Source of the DNA: Myxococcales bacterium UBA1203
GTDB lineage: Bacteria > Myxococcota > Myxococcia > Myxococcales > UBA5297
Reading direction: 5' to 3'
NCBI GenBank assembly: GCA_002309695.1
Contig: DBXV01000016.1
Location: 180,625 to 244,624, forward strand
DNA length: 64,000 bases
Below the pieces are notes generated by a model, which saw only the letters and a program-made list of their open reading frames with translations, did no database searches and was not told the DNA's origin. Shown piece after piece: positions 8,787-19,455 of the stretch (position 1 is its first letter; the number at the start of each line of letters is the position of its first letter). A program made the translations under genes and the position numbers.

Positions 8787-11700
8787 CTAGTACAGCCCCT
8801 TCATGCCCATTCCCAGGCCCTGTGAGAAGCCATAGACGAACATGGCGTCGCGCATCATGTCGGGGATTGAGAGATACCGTTCCAGCTTCATGCAGGCCCG
8901 GTTATCCTGGCAGACACAGCCGCTGTTGTCGGTCGCGTTGCAGGTATCGCTGGGGGTGCTGCCGACGTAGCCATTGCCGACAAACTCGTCGTATTTGACC
9001 ACGGGCTGGCCATCGACCAGCTTGGGCTTGCGGCCCACTTCGACGCCGTTGCGCATGACGGGCTCCGTCTCGTAGGCAGCTTCCATGAGCTCGGTGGCGT
9101 ATTCGAGAATACGGGCGCCGATGCCCTTCTGGACTTCCTTGCCGAAGATGGTCTCTTTGCCGAACGTCTTGGCGACATAGACGGACCCTGTGGGGGCATG
9201 GAGGACGATGCGGTCATCAAACTCCGGATCTGCATCGGAGCCCAGCTCCCAGATGGCCATCTTGTTCAGCCAGTCGCGCTGGTTGTTTTCGGGCAGGTAG
9301 AGAAGTGTGAACGAAATCAGGAACTTCTGCTGCTCCCAGCCAACCTGCGGATCGATGAGGGCCAGTTTGTCGGCATCCGCCTCGCCGTCCATGCCGTCCG
9401 AGCAGACCATGGGGTCATCCAGATCCCTGCCGGAAGCGGGCGTCCCGAGGGTATTGTCCACAGGGAAGCAGACCTTGGGGCCACTCTTGGGCGTCCAGCG
9501 CGTCCAGCCGATGGACTTGATGAAGCCGTCGCTGTCGGTGTCAGCCGCACCCTGGCTGTTCATGCGAACGCGAGGGGCGCGGATGAAGTCGTCGTTGGTC
9601 AGGTTGTTGGCCAGCCAGCGGCGGAAGCCATCCGGGAACATGTCGGCCATGGACACTGCACGGTAACGGCCGTCGAGGAAGTCGCCGCGCGAGTCGCTGA
9701 TGAAGTTGTCCTCGGACTCCGTGAGCATGTAGGCCGTGTAGAGTTTCTCGTAGTAGGTGCCGGCGTTCATCGTGTACTCGGAGTCGTAGTCGCCGCAGTC
9801 CTCACACATGCGGTTTTCGAGCAAAGCGCCGCCCATCTGGGCATTGCGGAAGTCGCTGCCGAAGGCGCCCAGGGGGACAATCATCTTGCTGGAGACATAA
9901 CCATCTTCGTCCCAGGCACCGCCGGTGGAGTCTTCAGTGGAGCGATAGATGGTCGTGGCGCCGTTGAGAGGCGTCGTGCCGCCGAGCGTCTCGGAGTAGT
10001 GCTCTCCGGACTCGGGGCGCTGCAGCTCATTGGTGAAGTGATCGAAAGCCATCACGGCGGCCAGGACGTTGTCCGTGAAGTTCATGGCGGCGAATTCACC
10101 CCAGAAGGCATTGGGAGAAATGCCCATCTCAAGGAAGTAATCGGCGTAAACATTCTGGAGCAGGCCCAGACCCTTGGCCGCGTCGCGCATCTTCTCGTTG
10201 AAACGCGATTTGACGCGGTTGACGGCACTGCGGACGCTGAACGTGTTGCGGTTGCGGCGGTAGGCCGTGAAGATGTGGTTCACCTCCTGCGAGCTGATGA
10301 AGAAGTCGAACAGCTCGTAGATGTCGGCGCCGTTGTCGTGACGGAAGACGCTCACGTTGCCGGAGTCGGCCCAGTGGTCCGTAGCGAAGCCGTAGGGAAC
10401 GCGGATGCGGTCCTGCGGGTCGATGGAGGGGCCGCCGTAGTAGTAGGAGAGACCATCAGCGGACTCACCCTGCGACGAAGCGCTGGCGCTCGCCAGCTTG
10501 GGCATGGAGAGATCCTTCCACATCACGTAGTCAACCTGGGGCTGCTTGCAGCGGACAAAGCTGCCATTCACTTTGACAAACTGGCCGTCGAGGAGGGGAT
10601 CCCAGGGACCGTATTTCTCGCTGTTCCAGGTGGCGGGCTTGAACTTGGCGACCTCTTCATCGCTGATGTTCACGCAGCCGGTGTTCAGTTTGAAGGAGTT
10701 CTGGAGCTGGCTGTAGTGGATGGAGCAGCTGCCTTTGTAGCAGTCGTTCGAGGCGTTCGTGCCGTGGTACTCGTCCTGGCCGATGTCGTAGCTGATGCCC
10801 AGGATGCCGCCGAAGCTGTCCATCTTGCTCAGGAGGCCTGTGCCGCGGGCAGTGCCGTTCTTGTAGGAAGGATCGGCATACACAGCCACGCTTTCGCCGT
10901 GGAACATACGGGCGGCGGCGTAGTCGTAAACGCCCAGCCCCAGGAGGTCCTGCGTGGCCTCACCGGCGTAATCCATCGTGGTGGACTGCATCCACATCCA
11001 GATCAGGTTGTCCTTTTCGTTCTGAGTCAGCGGGTCGATGTAGCGGGGACCGACGCAGTTCTTGGCAATGTCCTCACTGCTCAGGGCCGCGCTCGTGCAG
11101 GTCTGCGTCGCCTTGCCGCCCTCTGTGCGGAGCGCCCAGTACTGCGGCCGGTAGTTGAACGGGTCAGACGAGCTGACGAAGTTGTGGCGCAGGCCGATGG
11201 AGTGTCCCATCTCGTGGACGATGGTTGACACGTGCATCTTCTGAGCGAGCCACTGGCGCATGGCGTTGATACGGGCCACCTTCTTTTCGGCAGAGTCATC
11301 GCGACTGAAGGGGCCGTATTCCTCTTTGAATTTGTTCTCGAGGGCGTCGGCCAGGCTGGCGATGCCCTGCGGAATGGGCGCTTCTTGAATCATGCAGGCG
11401 CCGCGTTCACCCAGAGCCAGCTCACGGCGGCGGCGGATGTCGTGCGTCACCGAGGGGTTGGTCATCTGGAAGGGAGATGCGAGCCTCGTGGCGGAAGCGG
11501 CGTCGAACAGCGACGTGGCGCCGGCGAGCTGCTTCATCATCGGTGTGGTGAGCTTGGCTTCGAGGTTGGTGCCGGCGGCGCGCGCCATGCGGGCACTGTA
11601 GATGGACTGTGTCGTGGAGAGCGCGCGGGCATCCGCTTTGACATTCTTCATCAGTCCACGGACATTGCGGTTCATGGCCTTGACGCGGTCGGGGACATCA

Positions 11701-13748
11701 ATGTGGTCGGTGGCCGGGTTGAAGCCGGCGTAGTCGCTGAGACGGTTTCCGACCATCTCCTGAGACATGGCGGGCATGAAGCTGCCGCCCACCGCGGCCC
11801 GGGAGGCCTGCGACCAGTTCTTGATGTTTTCGCCGTTGGTAATCTCCTCCGCCGTCAGCTCGCCTTTGACGAAGCGGGACAGTTCTACGTAGCTCTGTGC
11901 GGCATAGTCGGTGATATCGGACCAGACGTTGATGGAGGTGGCGACTGTCTGACCAGTGTAGGGGTCGATGGAGTCAACCATGATACCCCAGGGACTGCTG
12001 GTCTGCGGCGGCTCGATGACGTTGACCTGGTTGTAGCGCAGGTCGCCCAGGCGGGCATTCATGGCGCTGTTGCAGATGGCCATCTTCTCGCGGTCGAGAT
12101 TGCGGGTGGCATTGAAGCAGTCGGCGGCCGTCATGTCAGAGGGCAGACGCTGGTCGGCGGGACCGCAGATTTCGGGATCGCCGACTTCCACAGGGCTGTG
12201 GCAGAGGACAATCATCTCATCCATCTTGGCCAGAGCGATGACGCCCTTGGAGTACTTGCGCTCGGCGCCGATGCTGTCCGCCAGAGCGTTGCAGTCCTGG
12301 CCCACATAGGCCTGACCGCGGCGGCAGGCGTCGATTTCGCGCGCCAGAACGACCGCGTCGTCGTTTTCGTCCTGCTGGCCTGTATAGACAGGGTAGGCCT
12401 GAGCGCAGGCGTCAGACGTGCCGCCCGTGCGGACGCATTCCACGTAGCGGGCAGTCATCACCGCGCTGCGCAGGGCCACGTCCCAATGGTGAGCGGCCAG
12501 GTCGGTTCCGTCGAAGTAATCGGGATTGCTTCCCGTCACGTAGTACCAGACCTGCGTGACAGGCTTCCGGTTCCGGTAGGGAAGGGTGCACTTCTGGGTG
12601 AACTCGTCGCAGCGGGACCCGCCTTCAAACCCAAGGTCCTTCACGGCCTCGCACTCATCCTCGGTGCCGTTGCCGTCGACATCCCGGTGCACATCGCCGC
12701 CAAAGGGCGTCGAGGTGTAGCAGGAGACGGCGCCTTCCATCTTGTCCAGGTCGCTGTAGGCGTGGCTGCGCTCCCAGAGGTTGTAGCGGTTGATGAAGCG
12801 GTGCCACTTGTCGTCCGTCATGCCGTAGAGGCGATCGTAGCCCTTGCGGTCGGTCGTGAACGCGCCGAAGGCAGCGAAGCGGCGGCCGTCCCAGTTGAGG
12901 GGCTCGTAGTCGCGCTCATCCACGCGCCGGAAGGAGTGACGGATGGTCAGCTCCACAGGGCTGCACATGGCCTCAGGACCGGTGCCGCCGCCCACATCGG
13001 GGTCCAGCATACAGGCGGGAAGCTCGGCGATGTCCCAGCCCAGGTAGCGCAGGTCGATGATCTGCGGCTTGGCGAAGGCCTTGTTCGTCACGTCGAAGTA
13101 GCCGTTCTTCAGGTCGAAGTGCGAGTAGTTGGGGTCAGCGGGGTCTTTGACCTCATAGGCCAGCGACTCGTACTCGACGCCGCCGAAGATGCCGACCATC
13201 GAGAGCGTGTCGAAGTCGTAGTTGTCCGTGCTCTCGTTCTTCGAGAAGTCCACGCGCATGTACTCACGCTCGTACCACGGCCGGTCGCTCTCGTTCTCAC
13301 CGATGACGTTGTATTCCTCACCAGTGGTTGAGCTGTATTCGCGCTTGATATCGAAGTGCGACACGATGGGGAAAGCCGCCACAATGATGCCGTCATTGGA
13401 CTTGGGGCCCATGCCTTTGTGGTCGCTGCCTTCGATGCGTTCATAAGTCAGCCGGGCAATCAGATAATCCTCCTGAATGGAGAATTTAATCCGGGCCATG
13501 GGCTGGGCATAAGTCGAGGTGAACAGTCCATCCTGCGAACCGCCGTAGCCGACGTCGATGAGAGTGGCCTGTGTCCAGAACTCGGGATCGTCATCGGTCC
13601 CGAGCAGGTCCTCTCCAACGAAAAAGCTCTTGGGCAGCGCATTGGGCTGCACGCGGTTGATGGGATCGCGTTCTTCGGCGCAGCCGGCCATGAGGCCGAG
13701 AACCGAGAGAAGCACAGCGGCGCATCCTATGTGTCGTTTTACGCGCAT
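8787..13748 (-). CDS. Giant Cys-rich lipoprotein, Met-zincin (EcxA/DUF4953-like) zinc metalloprotease
   Basis: Lipobox LMAGC; zinc motif HEMGHSIGLRHNF; Met-turn STTMDY followed by LGVYDYAAARMFHG; many Cys pairs. Confidence 0.85.
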   Translation of the reverse strand: MRVKRHIGCAAVLLSVLGLMAGCAEERDPINRVQPNALPKSFFVGEDLLGTDDDPEFWTQATLIDVGYGGSQDGLFTSTYAQPMARIKFSIQEDYLIARLTYERIEGSDHKGMGPKSNDGIIVAAFPIVSHFDIKREYSSTTGEEYNVIGENESDRPWYEREYMRVDFSKNESTDNYDFDTLSMVGIFGGVEYESLAYEVKDPADPNYSHFDLKNGYFDVTNKAFAKPQIIDLRYLGWDIAELPACMLDPDVGGGTGPEAMCSPVELTIRHSFRRVDERDYEPLNWDGRRFAAFGAFTTDRKGYDRLYGMTDDKWHRFINRYNLWERSHAYSDLDKMEGAVSCYTSTPFGGDVHRDVDGNGTEDECEAVKDLGFEGGSRCDEFTQKCTLPYRNRKPVTQVWYYVTGSNPDYFDGTDLAAHHWDVALRSAVMTARYVECVRTGGTSDACAQAYPVYTGQQDENDDAVVLAREIDACRRGQAYVGQDCNALADSIGAERKYSKGVIALAKMDEMIVLCHSPVEVGDPEICGPADQRLPSDMTAADCFNATRNLDREKMAICNSAMNARLGDLRYNQVNVIEPPQTSSPWGIMVDSIDPYTGQTVATSINVWSDITDYAAQSYVELSRFVKGELTAEEITNGENIKNWSQASRAAVGGSFMPAMSQEMVGNRLSDYAGFNPATDHIDVPDRVKAMNRNVRGLMKNVKADARALSTTQSIYSARMARAAGTNLEAKLTTPMMKQLAGATSLFDAASATRLASPFQMTNPSVTHDIRRRRELALGERGACMIQEAPIPQGIASLADALENKFKEEYGPFSRDDSAEKKVARINAMRQWLAQKMHVSTIVHEMGHSIGLRHNFVSSSDPFNYRPQYWALRTEGGKATQTCTSAALSSEDIAKNCVGPRYIDPLTQNEKDNLIWMWMQSTTMDYAGEATQDLLGLGVYDYAAARMFHGESVAVYADPSYKNGTARGTGLLSKMDSFGGILGISYDIGQDEYHGTNASNDCYKGSCSIHYSQLQNSFKLNTGCVNISDEEVAKFKPATWNSEKYGPWDPLLDGQFVKVNGSFVRCKQPQVDYVMWKDLSMPKLASASASSQGESADGLSYYYGGPSIDPQDRIRVPYGFATDHWADSGNVSVFRHDNGADIYELFDFFISSQEVNHIFTAYRRNRNTFSVRSAVNRVKSRFNEKMRDAAKGLGLLQNVYADYFLEMGISPNAFWGEFAAMNFTDNVLAAVMAFDHFTNELQRPESGEHYSETLGGTTPLNGATTIYRSTEDSTGGAWDEDGYVSSKMIVPLGAFGSDFRNAQMGGALLENRMCEDCGDYDSEYTMNAGTYYEKLYTAYMLTESEDNFISDSRGDFLDGRYRAVSMADMFPDGFRRWLANNLTNDDFIRAPRVRMNSQGAADTDSDGFIKSIGWTRWTPKSGPKVCFPVDNTLGTPASGRDLDDPMVCSDGMDGEADADKLALIDPQVGWEQQKFLISFTLLYLPENNQRDWLNKMAIWELGSDADPEFDDRIVLHAPTGSVYVAKTFGKETIFGKEVQKGIGARILEYATELMEAAYETEPVMRNGVEVGRKPKLVDGQPVVKYDEFVGNGYVGSTPSDTCNATDNSGCVCQDNRACMKLERYLSIPDMMRDAMFVYGFSQGLGMGMKGLY

Positions 13749-13798
13749 TTCTCCCTCCTACGGAGAAGGTGAGGGCACCCCTTGGCGCCCCCGGTCAA

Positions 13799-14932
13799 TC
13801 ACCTGAACAGTTGTGTCAAAGCATCGATGTCCAGGGAGAGGTTGAGATAGATGTTGGTGAATTGGTTGAAAAGCGGGGTCTGCTTGGAACCGTTCTGGCG
13901 GAGATCGCCGTAAACGGTGGAAAAGCCCAGAGAAAGGCCCACCAGGTCGATGGGATTCCAGGAGATTTCACCCGCGAAGGACTGGCCGTAGCGGGCGGTG
14001 ATGTCGTTCTCGCCGGATTCCAGGGTCCCCAGATAGGCGCCAGTGCCGCTGTCGTATATGTCCTCATCTTTGAGGTCATACAGCCCCATGCGGCGCATGG
14101 AGTAGCTGATGGAGAGCGACAGGTTGTCCAGGATGTCCAGAGAGATGGACGGGCCGTGGACGAGAGCGTTCTTGGCGTTGCGGATACCGGTGTTCAGGAA
14201 GCGCTCGCAGGCCTCGCTGTCCGGGTCGCCGCAGGAGAGGCTCGTGCCGTCATACTGGGCGGTGGTGGACTGATGGAACTGCCACGCGAAGCGGACGGCG
14301 TAGGCGATTGTCAGTCCCTGAAGCACAGGAAACTTCCTCGAAACCCTGAGCATCGGTGCGAGGGACAGAATCATGGTGCGCGCCTGTGAGGCCTTGGAGG
14401 CCGGGATGCCGAGGCGCAGGCCGCCATTGATATTGATGCCCGTCACTTTCTCCGTGTAGCCCTTGCCGGCATTCACATCGATGTTCAGGTCGCTCCACAT
14501 CCACTCATAGCGCTTGATGGTATCGTCGGAGTTGGTGAGCTCTTGTTCTACATCAATACGCAATTTCAGCCCGATGTAGTCATTAAAGTGCCACTGGGGC
14601 TGAATGGAGAAGCTGTGGGCGTAATACGGGTTCCACGTTTGGCCGGACGCCTTGTCCAGGGAGACGGCTGAAAATGTGTGTTCGTAGGAAACGCTGGAAC
14701 CCCTCCAGGGATTCTTTTTCTTGGAATCGCCCGAGGAAGAAGCGGCCGCGTCCGCCGCGCTGCCGCTGTCACTGCCGTTCCCCGCGTCCTTGGCGGCCAC
14801 CGCCTCGGTTTCTTGGGAAGGCGTCTCTGCCGCACCTGCGGCATCCGGCCCGTCGGCAGTCGCCGCGGTCGTCCCCGCCAAAAGGAGACTGGCCGCTAGA
14901 GCGATGCGTGCAACCACCTGACTGAGCTTCAT
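13799..14932 (-). CDS. Secreted, probable outer-membrane beta-barrel protein, co-transcribed with the metalloprotease
   Basis: Signal peptide ending ATA; low-complexity N-terminal linker; amphipathic beta-strand pattern throughout; 50 bp upstream of the protease gene. Confidence 0.65.
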   Translation of the reverse strand: MKLSQVVARIALAASLLLAGTTAATADGPDAAGAAETPSQETEAVAAKDAGNGSDSGSAADAAASSSGDSKKKNPWRGSSVSYEHTFSAVSLDKASGQTWNPYYAHSFSIQPQWHFNDYIGLKLRIDVEQELTNSDDTIKRYEWMWSDLNIDVNAGKGYTEKVTGININGGLRLGIPASKASQARTMILSLAPMLRVSRKFPVLQGLTIAYAVRFAWQFHQSTTAQYDGTSLSCGDPDSEACERFLNTGIRNAKNALVHGPSISLDILDNLSLSISYSMRRMGLYDLKDEDIYDSGTGAYLGTLESGENDITARYGQSFAGEISWNPIDLVGLSLGFSTVYGDLRQNGSKQTPLFNQFTNIYLNLSLDIDALTQLFR

Positions 14933-14971
14933 CTGAACCTCCTGCCTGTTTCGGTTAAAAAAAACCGGGCG

Positions 14972-14999
14972 CCCATAGACGAAAAAAGCAGTCGGTCAA
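14972..14999 (-). promoter_or_regulatory. Putative promoter TTGACC-N16-TATGGG
   Basis: Upstream of the barrel/protease operon, followed by a GC-rich discriminator. Confidence 0.4.
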
Positions 15000-15091
15000 G
15001 TGAATATTTCGATTTTTTGCGCATAAAACGATTTTTTTTTCCTTCTTGCGTGAAAAAGTATGCACAAAAAATATGCTTTTTTCGGCGTGTA

Positions 15092-16051
15092 TCACCGGCG
15101 GGCGCGAACGAGGGGATGCTCGCTGTCTTTTCGTCTGGAAAACACCGCCGGCCGCCTGCGGTGTCCATTCATCTGCATCGTCTCCAGGCGCATTCGGGCG
15201 GCGCGCAGAGCGATGAGTGAAGTGCGGACCATTTTGCGGGCGCGCGCCTCTATCTGCCCCGCTCTCTCTCGGGAGATGCCGTAGCGGACGGCGAGAGTGC
15301 GCAGAGGAACGGGATCATCAGTCATCAGACGGCTCGTCAGAATGTCTCTGTCACGAGGGCACAGACAGGCCAGAGAGCGGCGGACATCACTCTTCAGCTG
15401 CGCCTGAAATTCATCCGTCTCCAGCGTCTCTTCGGGCGTCTCTGAGGCCGATTCCAGAGAGGTAATTTCGGCGATTTCGCTGCCGTCGAAAGCGCCGCCG
15501 GGGTCACGGAAAGAGGTGGAGTCGATTTCACTGCGCGTGCGGAAATTTTTGCCCCCTTTGCACTCTGCATCGCCGGCATGGAGTGCGTCCGCGGGAGAGA
15601 GCTGCGCGCCGTCGGGCGCCTCGGACGGACAGAGTGACGCGTTTTTGCGGATGAAGCTCCTGATGGCGGCGCGAATCCAGAAGACTGCGTAGGAGAGAAG
15701 CCTCCTGCCGCGCGCGGGATCAAATGAGCGGACCGCCCGCATGAGCGCCAGATTTCCCTCCTGAATCAGGTCTCCCGTCAGAGGACCGCAGCTCCGGTAT
15801 TCCATGGCAATGCGGACGACGAAGCTGAGATGAGACGTGACGAGCGCGTCAAAGGCGGCCGAATCCCCTTCATTTCGATAGCGCAGAGCCAGCGCTGTCT
15901 CCTGTTCGCGGGAGAGAATCGGGCGCCGGCTGAGCTCCGAGAGATAGGCATTCAGGGCATCCTCATCATCTGCATTCGCGGCGCTGCTGCCGTCGGGCGT
16001 CAGGAGAAGAGGACCGAGAGAGGCTTCATCATCGCTGCAATGGCAGAACAT
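15092..16051 (-). CDS. Sigma-70 family factor, RpoH/sigma-32-like and divergent
   Basis: LVTSHLSFVVRIAMEY, DLIQEGNLALMRAVRSFDP, SYAVFWIRAAI, GISRERAGQIE; start codon uncertain. Confidence 0.8.
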   Translation of the reverse strand: MFCHCSDDEASLGPLLLTPDGSSAANADDEDALNAYLSELSRRPILSREQETALALRYRNEGDSAAFDALVTSHLSFVVRIAMEYRSCGPLTGDLIQEGNLALMRAVRSFDPARGRRLLSYAVFWIRAAIRSFIRKNASLCPSEAPDGAQLSPADALHAGDAECKGGKNFRTRSEIDSTSFRDPGGAFDGSEIAEITSLESASETPEETLETDEFQAQLKSDVRRSLACLCPRDRDILTSRLMTDDPVPLRTLAVRYGISRERAGQIEARARKMVRTSLIALRAARMRLETMQMNGHRRRPAVFSRRKDSEHPLVRARR

Positions 16052-16299
16052 GGCTTTTTCCCCAGAGGTGGGGCGGCGCCCGTGAGCGGGAAAGCCGCCT
16101 GGAAGACAAACGCGAAAGCGGCGCCGCACGGCAAAGCAGGTGCCGCGGGGAAAAAGCGGGGACATCTCGATGGGTTGCGCTTCCTTTGACGGATGGCGAA
16201 CGAAAGCGGCGCACGACGGGCGTCATTGCATCCCTGAAATGGAGAATTTCAGAGCTGAAACAGCGGGGAGCGCGCGCTGCGTTTTTTGGCTAGGCGGGA

Positions 16300-19101
16300 T
16301 CAGCGGCAGAGTTCGTCTCTGGAGATGACGCGGACTGGGCCTGACACTTCCGCCTCAAGCTGTGCGGCGATGGCATCAGCGTCACCCGCGGCAGCAACAC
16401 AGACGGGGCCGGTCAGGAGCCACTGCCGCGCCTCGCGCAGAATGGCCTCCTCGCCGACGGACAGAAGCCGCTCGAGCGAGTGCTCCAGATAGTCGCGGGG
16501 GCGGCCAAGTCGGATGACTTCGCTCTGGGCACGGGCCAGCTGAGACGCGGTTTCGAGGCTGAACGGCATGAGGCCCGCCAGAGAGCGGCGCGCGCGGGAA
16601 AGTTCGCCCTCGCGGAGGCCTTCTTCGCGGAAGGTCCGCGTCTCGTTGAGAACGACGCTGATGAGGTCGCCCACAGAGCTGTTTTTCGTGAAGCTGCTCA
16701 CAGTGAAGAGTCCTGCCAGCGCGCTGCCGGAGAGTGCCGCCGACAGGCCGTAGGACAGGCCTCGCTCCACGCGGACGGCTTCCATCAGCCGCGACGTGAA
16801 TGAGCCGCCCAAAATGAAGGAAGCGATGCTGGCGGGAAGATGCCCCGGCGCTGTTTTGCATGGCGCGCGGCTCGCGAGAATCAGCTGCGCCTGCGCTGCG
16901 CCCGGAATGTGCGCCACCAGCGCGCCGAAAACAGGAGGCGGAACGGGCGGAATCACCGGCAAAATCCGGCCGGGCGCGGGCATCCAGCTGCCGAAGATAT
17001 TTTGCAGAATGTCCAGCGTCCGCTGCGGGTCCAGATCGCCGGCGATGGTCAGGACGGCACCCTCGGGACAGAGGAGCCTTTGGGCCATGAGAAGGACATC
17101 CTCCCGGGTGAAAAGAGCGACCGCGGAAGGCGCGCCGCGCCCCGACCTGGAAAAGGGGTGATCGCCGAAAGCTGCCCTGCACAGAACCTCGCTGACCACC
17201 GTCGCGGGGTCGTCCAGTTCAATTTTCAGCCGGGCAATCGTGCGCTCGCGGGCGGCGTCGATCTCGCCGGGCGAGAAGGCGGGCCGCATCAGAATTTCAC
17301 CGGCAAGTTCCAGCACCGGCACCAGCGATTCGGAGGGCGCGAGAAGAGACAGAATCGCTCTGTCCGCACCGGTGGTGACGCCCGCAGAACAGCCCAGCCG
17401 GGTCAGGGCGGCATCGAGGGCATCGGCGCTGAGGCGCTGTGTCCCGCGCAGGAGAAGCTCCATGGTGAAATCGGCCAGTCCGTCTTTGCCGTCAGGCTCC
17501 ATGGCGCTGCCCGCGGGAAGAGAGACGACGAGCGAAAAAAGAGGAACGGCCGCGTGGCGCGCCGCCGAGAGCAGCATGCCGCCGGAAGAGGTGTTTTCCG
17601 CGAAGACCGGCAAGCTCAGCTTTCTGGGCAAAAGGGGAGGCGCCGTCAGCAGCGCACAGGCGGCCTCGTCACTGACCTCGTCAAAGCCGGCATCAGATTC
17701 ACCGTCAGCTGAATCCGGAATTTCCTCATCAGTGTCATCAGCGTCATCGGCAAAGTCCCCGCCGTCCTCCGGCATGCCGAAGCCGCTTCGCTCACCCGGG
17801 CGCAGGATGACCACGCTTCGTCCGCGCGCGTCGAACAGCCGGGCAGCGGCGGCGCGCAGTTCGTCATTGGTCAGAAGGGCCGTCGCGCGGTCCAGCTCGA
17901 AAGTCTTTTCCCAGCTTCCGAGAAGGGCTTCGTTCATGCCGAAGAGGTCGCAGCGGCCCTGGCAGGTAGAGAGCGCCTTCACCAGAGACGCACGGCAGTC
18001 CGCTTTTGCCTGAGCGATTTCGTCATCTGTGAATCCATCGGCAGCGATGCGCGCGAGGAAGTCATCGAGCTTTTTGAGCGCCGTTTCAGACGGAAGGCCG
18101 GGGGGAAGATCGAGCTGAATCGTGAAAAGCCCCGGCTCCTCAAGCCAGGCAAAGTCCGCGCTGGCCGAGACGGCGAGCTTCTCTTCGTAAACGAACTGCC
18201 GGACGAGGCGCGCGCCGGGCGTTCCGCTGAGAAGAAAAGCGAGGAGAGACGCGGCCGCGGCATCTTCTTCATCTGCGGCGGGCGCCCTGAACCCCGCCAG
18301 AATCGATTCGGAATGAGCGGGAAAGGTGATTTCCGTCCTGCGCTCGTCCATCTGGGGAGGTTCAGAGGGAAGACGGGGACGGGAAAAGGGCACGTCCGGG
18401 AGAGGACCAAAGAGTTCGCCGATGAGCGAAAGCGCCTTTTCTGAATCGAAATCACCTGCCAGCCACAGCGTCGCGTTGCGCGGAACGTAATAGCGGCCGA
18501 AGTGCGCACGGCAGGCCTCGGCATCCAGATGTTCCAGCTCGTCCCCGAGGCCAATCACGGGCCGCCGGTAGGGGTGGACGCGGAAGGCGAGGGCAAACAG
18601 TGCTTCGTCCAGACGGCCGCCGATGGATTCCTCGGTGGAGACGCGGCGCTCCTCCATGACCACGGCCAGCTCGGAGTTGAGGACATCGGGGACAAGGGCC
18701 AGCCCCTTCATGCGGTCACTTTCGAGGCGCAGAGCGCATTCGAGCGCGTCGGCGGGAAAAGCACTTTCGTAGGAAGTCACATCGCGCGTGGTGAAGGCGT
18801 TGGACTGGCCGCCGTGCGCTTCGAGAATCCTGTCGAACATCCGCGGCCCCACGCGCGGCGTTCCGTTGAACATCATGTGTTCGAGAAAATGAGAGACGCC
18901 CGACGCGCCCGGCATGTCGTCCCTGGAACCGACGCCGAAGAAAATCTGCATGGCACAGACGGGCAGGGCGTGGTCTTCCAGAAGGCGGATTTTGAGGCCA
19001 TTGGCCAGCTGAGCGCACCGGACAGGCCAGCGGCCGGGCTCGAGGGGAAGGGGAGGTTCTGGGGGCGTCAGAAAAGGGGGGAGTCCGGCTGCACTGGTCA
19101 T
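16300..19101 (-). CDS. M16 family zinc peptidase (two halves fused via an acidic linker)
   Basis: HFLEHMMFNG inverted zinc motif, NAFTT, EERR, HPY; second half lacks HxxEH and has RLMEAVRVERGLSY. Confidence 0.88.
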   Translation of the reverse strand: MTSAAGLPPFLTPPEPPLPLEPGRWPVRCAQLANGLKIRLLEDHALPVCAMQIFFGVGSRDDMPGASGVSHFLEHMMFNGTPRVGPRMFDRILEAHGGQSNAFTTRDVTSYESAFPADALECALRLESDRMKGLALVPDVLNSELAVVMEERRVSTEESIGGRLDEALFALAFRVHPYRRPVIGLGDELEHLDAEACRAHFGRYYVPRNATLWLAGDFDSEKALSLIGELFGPLPDVPFSRPRLPSEPPQMDERRTEITFPAHSESILAGFRAPAADEEDAAAASLLAFLLSGTPGARLVRQFVYEEKLAVSASADFAWLEEPGLFTIQLDLPPGLPSETALKKLDDFLARIAADGFTDDEIAQAKADCRASLVKALSTCQGRCDLFGMNEALLGSWEKTFELDRATALLTNDELRAAAARLFDARGRSVVILRPGERSGFGMPEDGGDFADDADDTDEEIPDSADGESDAGFDEVSDEAACALLTAPPLLPRKLSLPVFAENTSSGGMLLSAARHAAVPLFSLVVSLPAGSAMEPDGKDGLADFTMELLLRGTQRLSADALDAALTRLGCSAGVTTGADRAILSLLAPSESLVPVLELAGEILMRPAFSPGEIDAARERTIARLKIELDDPATVVSEVLCRAAFGDHPFSRSGRGAPSAVALFTREDVLLMAQRLLCPEGAVLTIAGDLDPQRTLDILQNIFGSWMPAPGRILPVIPPVPPPVFGALVAHIPGAAQAQLILASRAPCKTAPGHLPASIASFILGGSFTSRLMEAVRVERGLSYGLSAALSGSALAGLFTVSSFTKNSSVGDLISVVLNETRTFREEGLREGELSRARRSLAGLMPFSLETASQLARAQSEVIRLGRPRDYLEHSLERLLSVGEEAILREARQWLLTGPVCVAAAGDADAIAAQLEAEVSGPVRVISRDELCR

Positions 19102-19455
19102 GTTCAGGTTGCTGTCCGTGTGAGTGAGAGGCCGCTGCCCGAAGCAGCGAAGAAAAGGGCGGGCGGCAAAAGGGAAAAATCCGGGGGTGGGCAAGTGAAA
19201 AGCGCGCCGCTGAACTGGCCGGGGCATCCGTGAGGCCGTTTTCCCATGAGCAAAGCGCGTCGGCTTTTGGGCTCTGGGGCGCGTTGCAATCCGGCGGAAC
19301 GTCTGCCAGAAGCCGCCGCTTTTTTCGGGGAGGTCGGTTCTTACGTCTGAAAAAGACGCCGCCGGTCCCCGCCGTCCACCGCTTCGGATGCGCAGTTTGA
19401 CGGAATTTGACGCCGTTTTTTTCAGCCCTTGTCAGCCCTTGAAGGAGTTCGCCCC

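Noticed and set aside
9198-13331. Long plus-strand ORFs of 676 and 699 aa
   Set aside because: Antisense shadows of the metalloprotease gene caused by high-GC3 codon bias; no motifs
19300-19400. Structured leader before gcvH as a glycine riboswitch
   Set aside because: Short hairpins are present (CGGGGA/TCCCCG, CGTCT/AGACG) but the GGAGA, CCGAAG and CTCTCAGG aptamer motifs are absent
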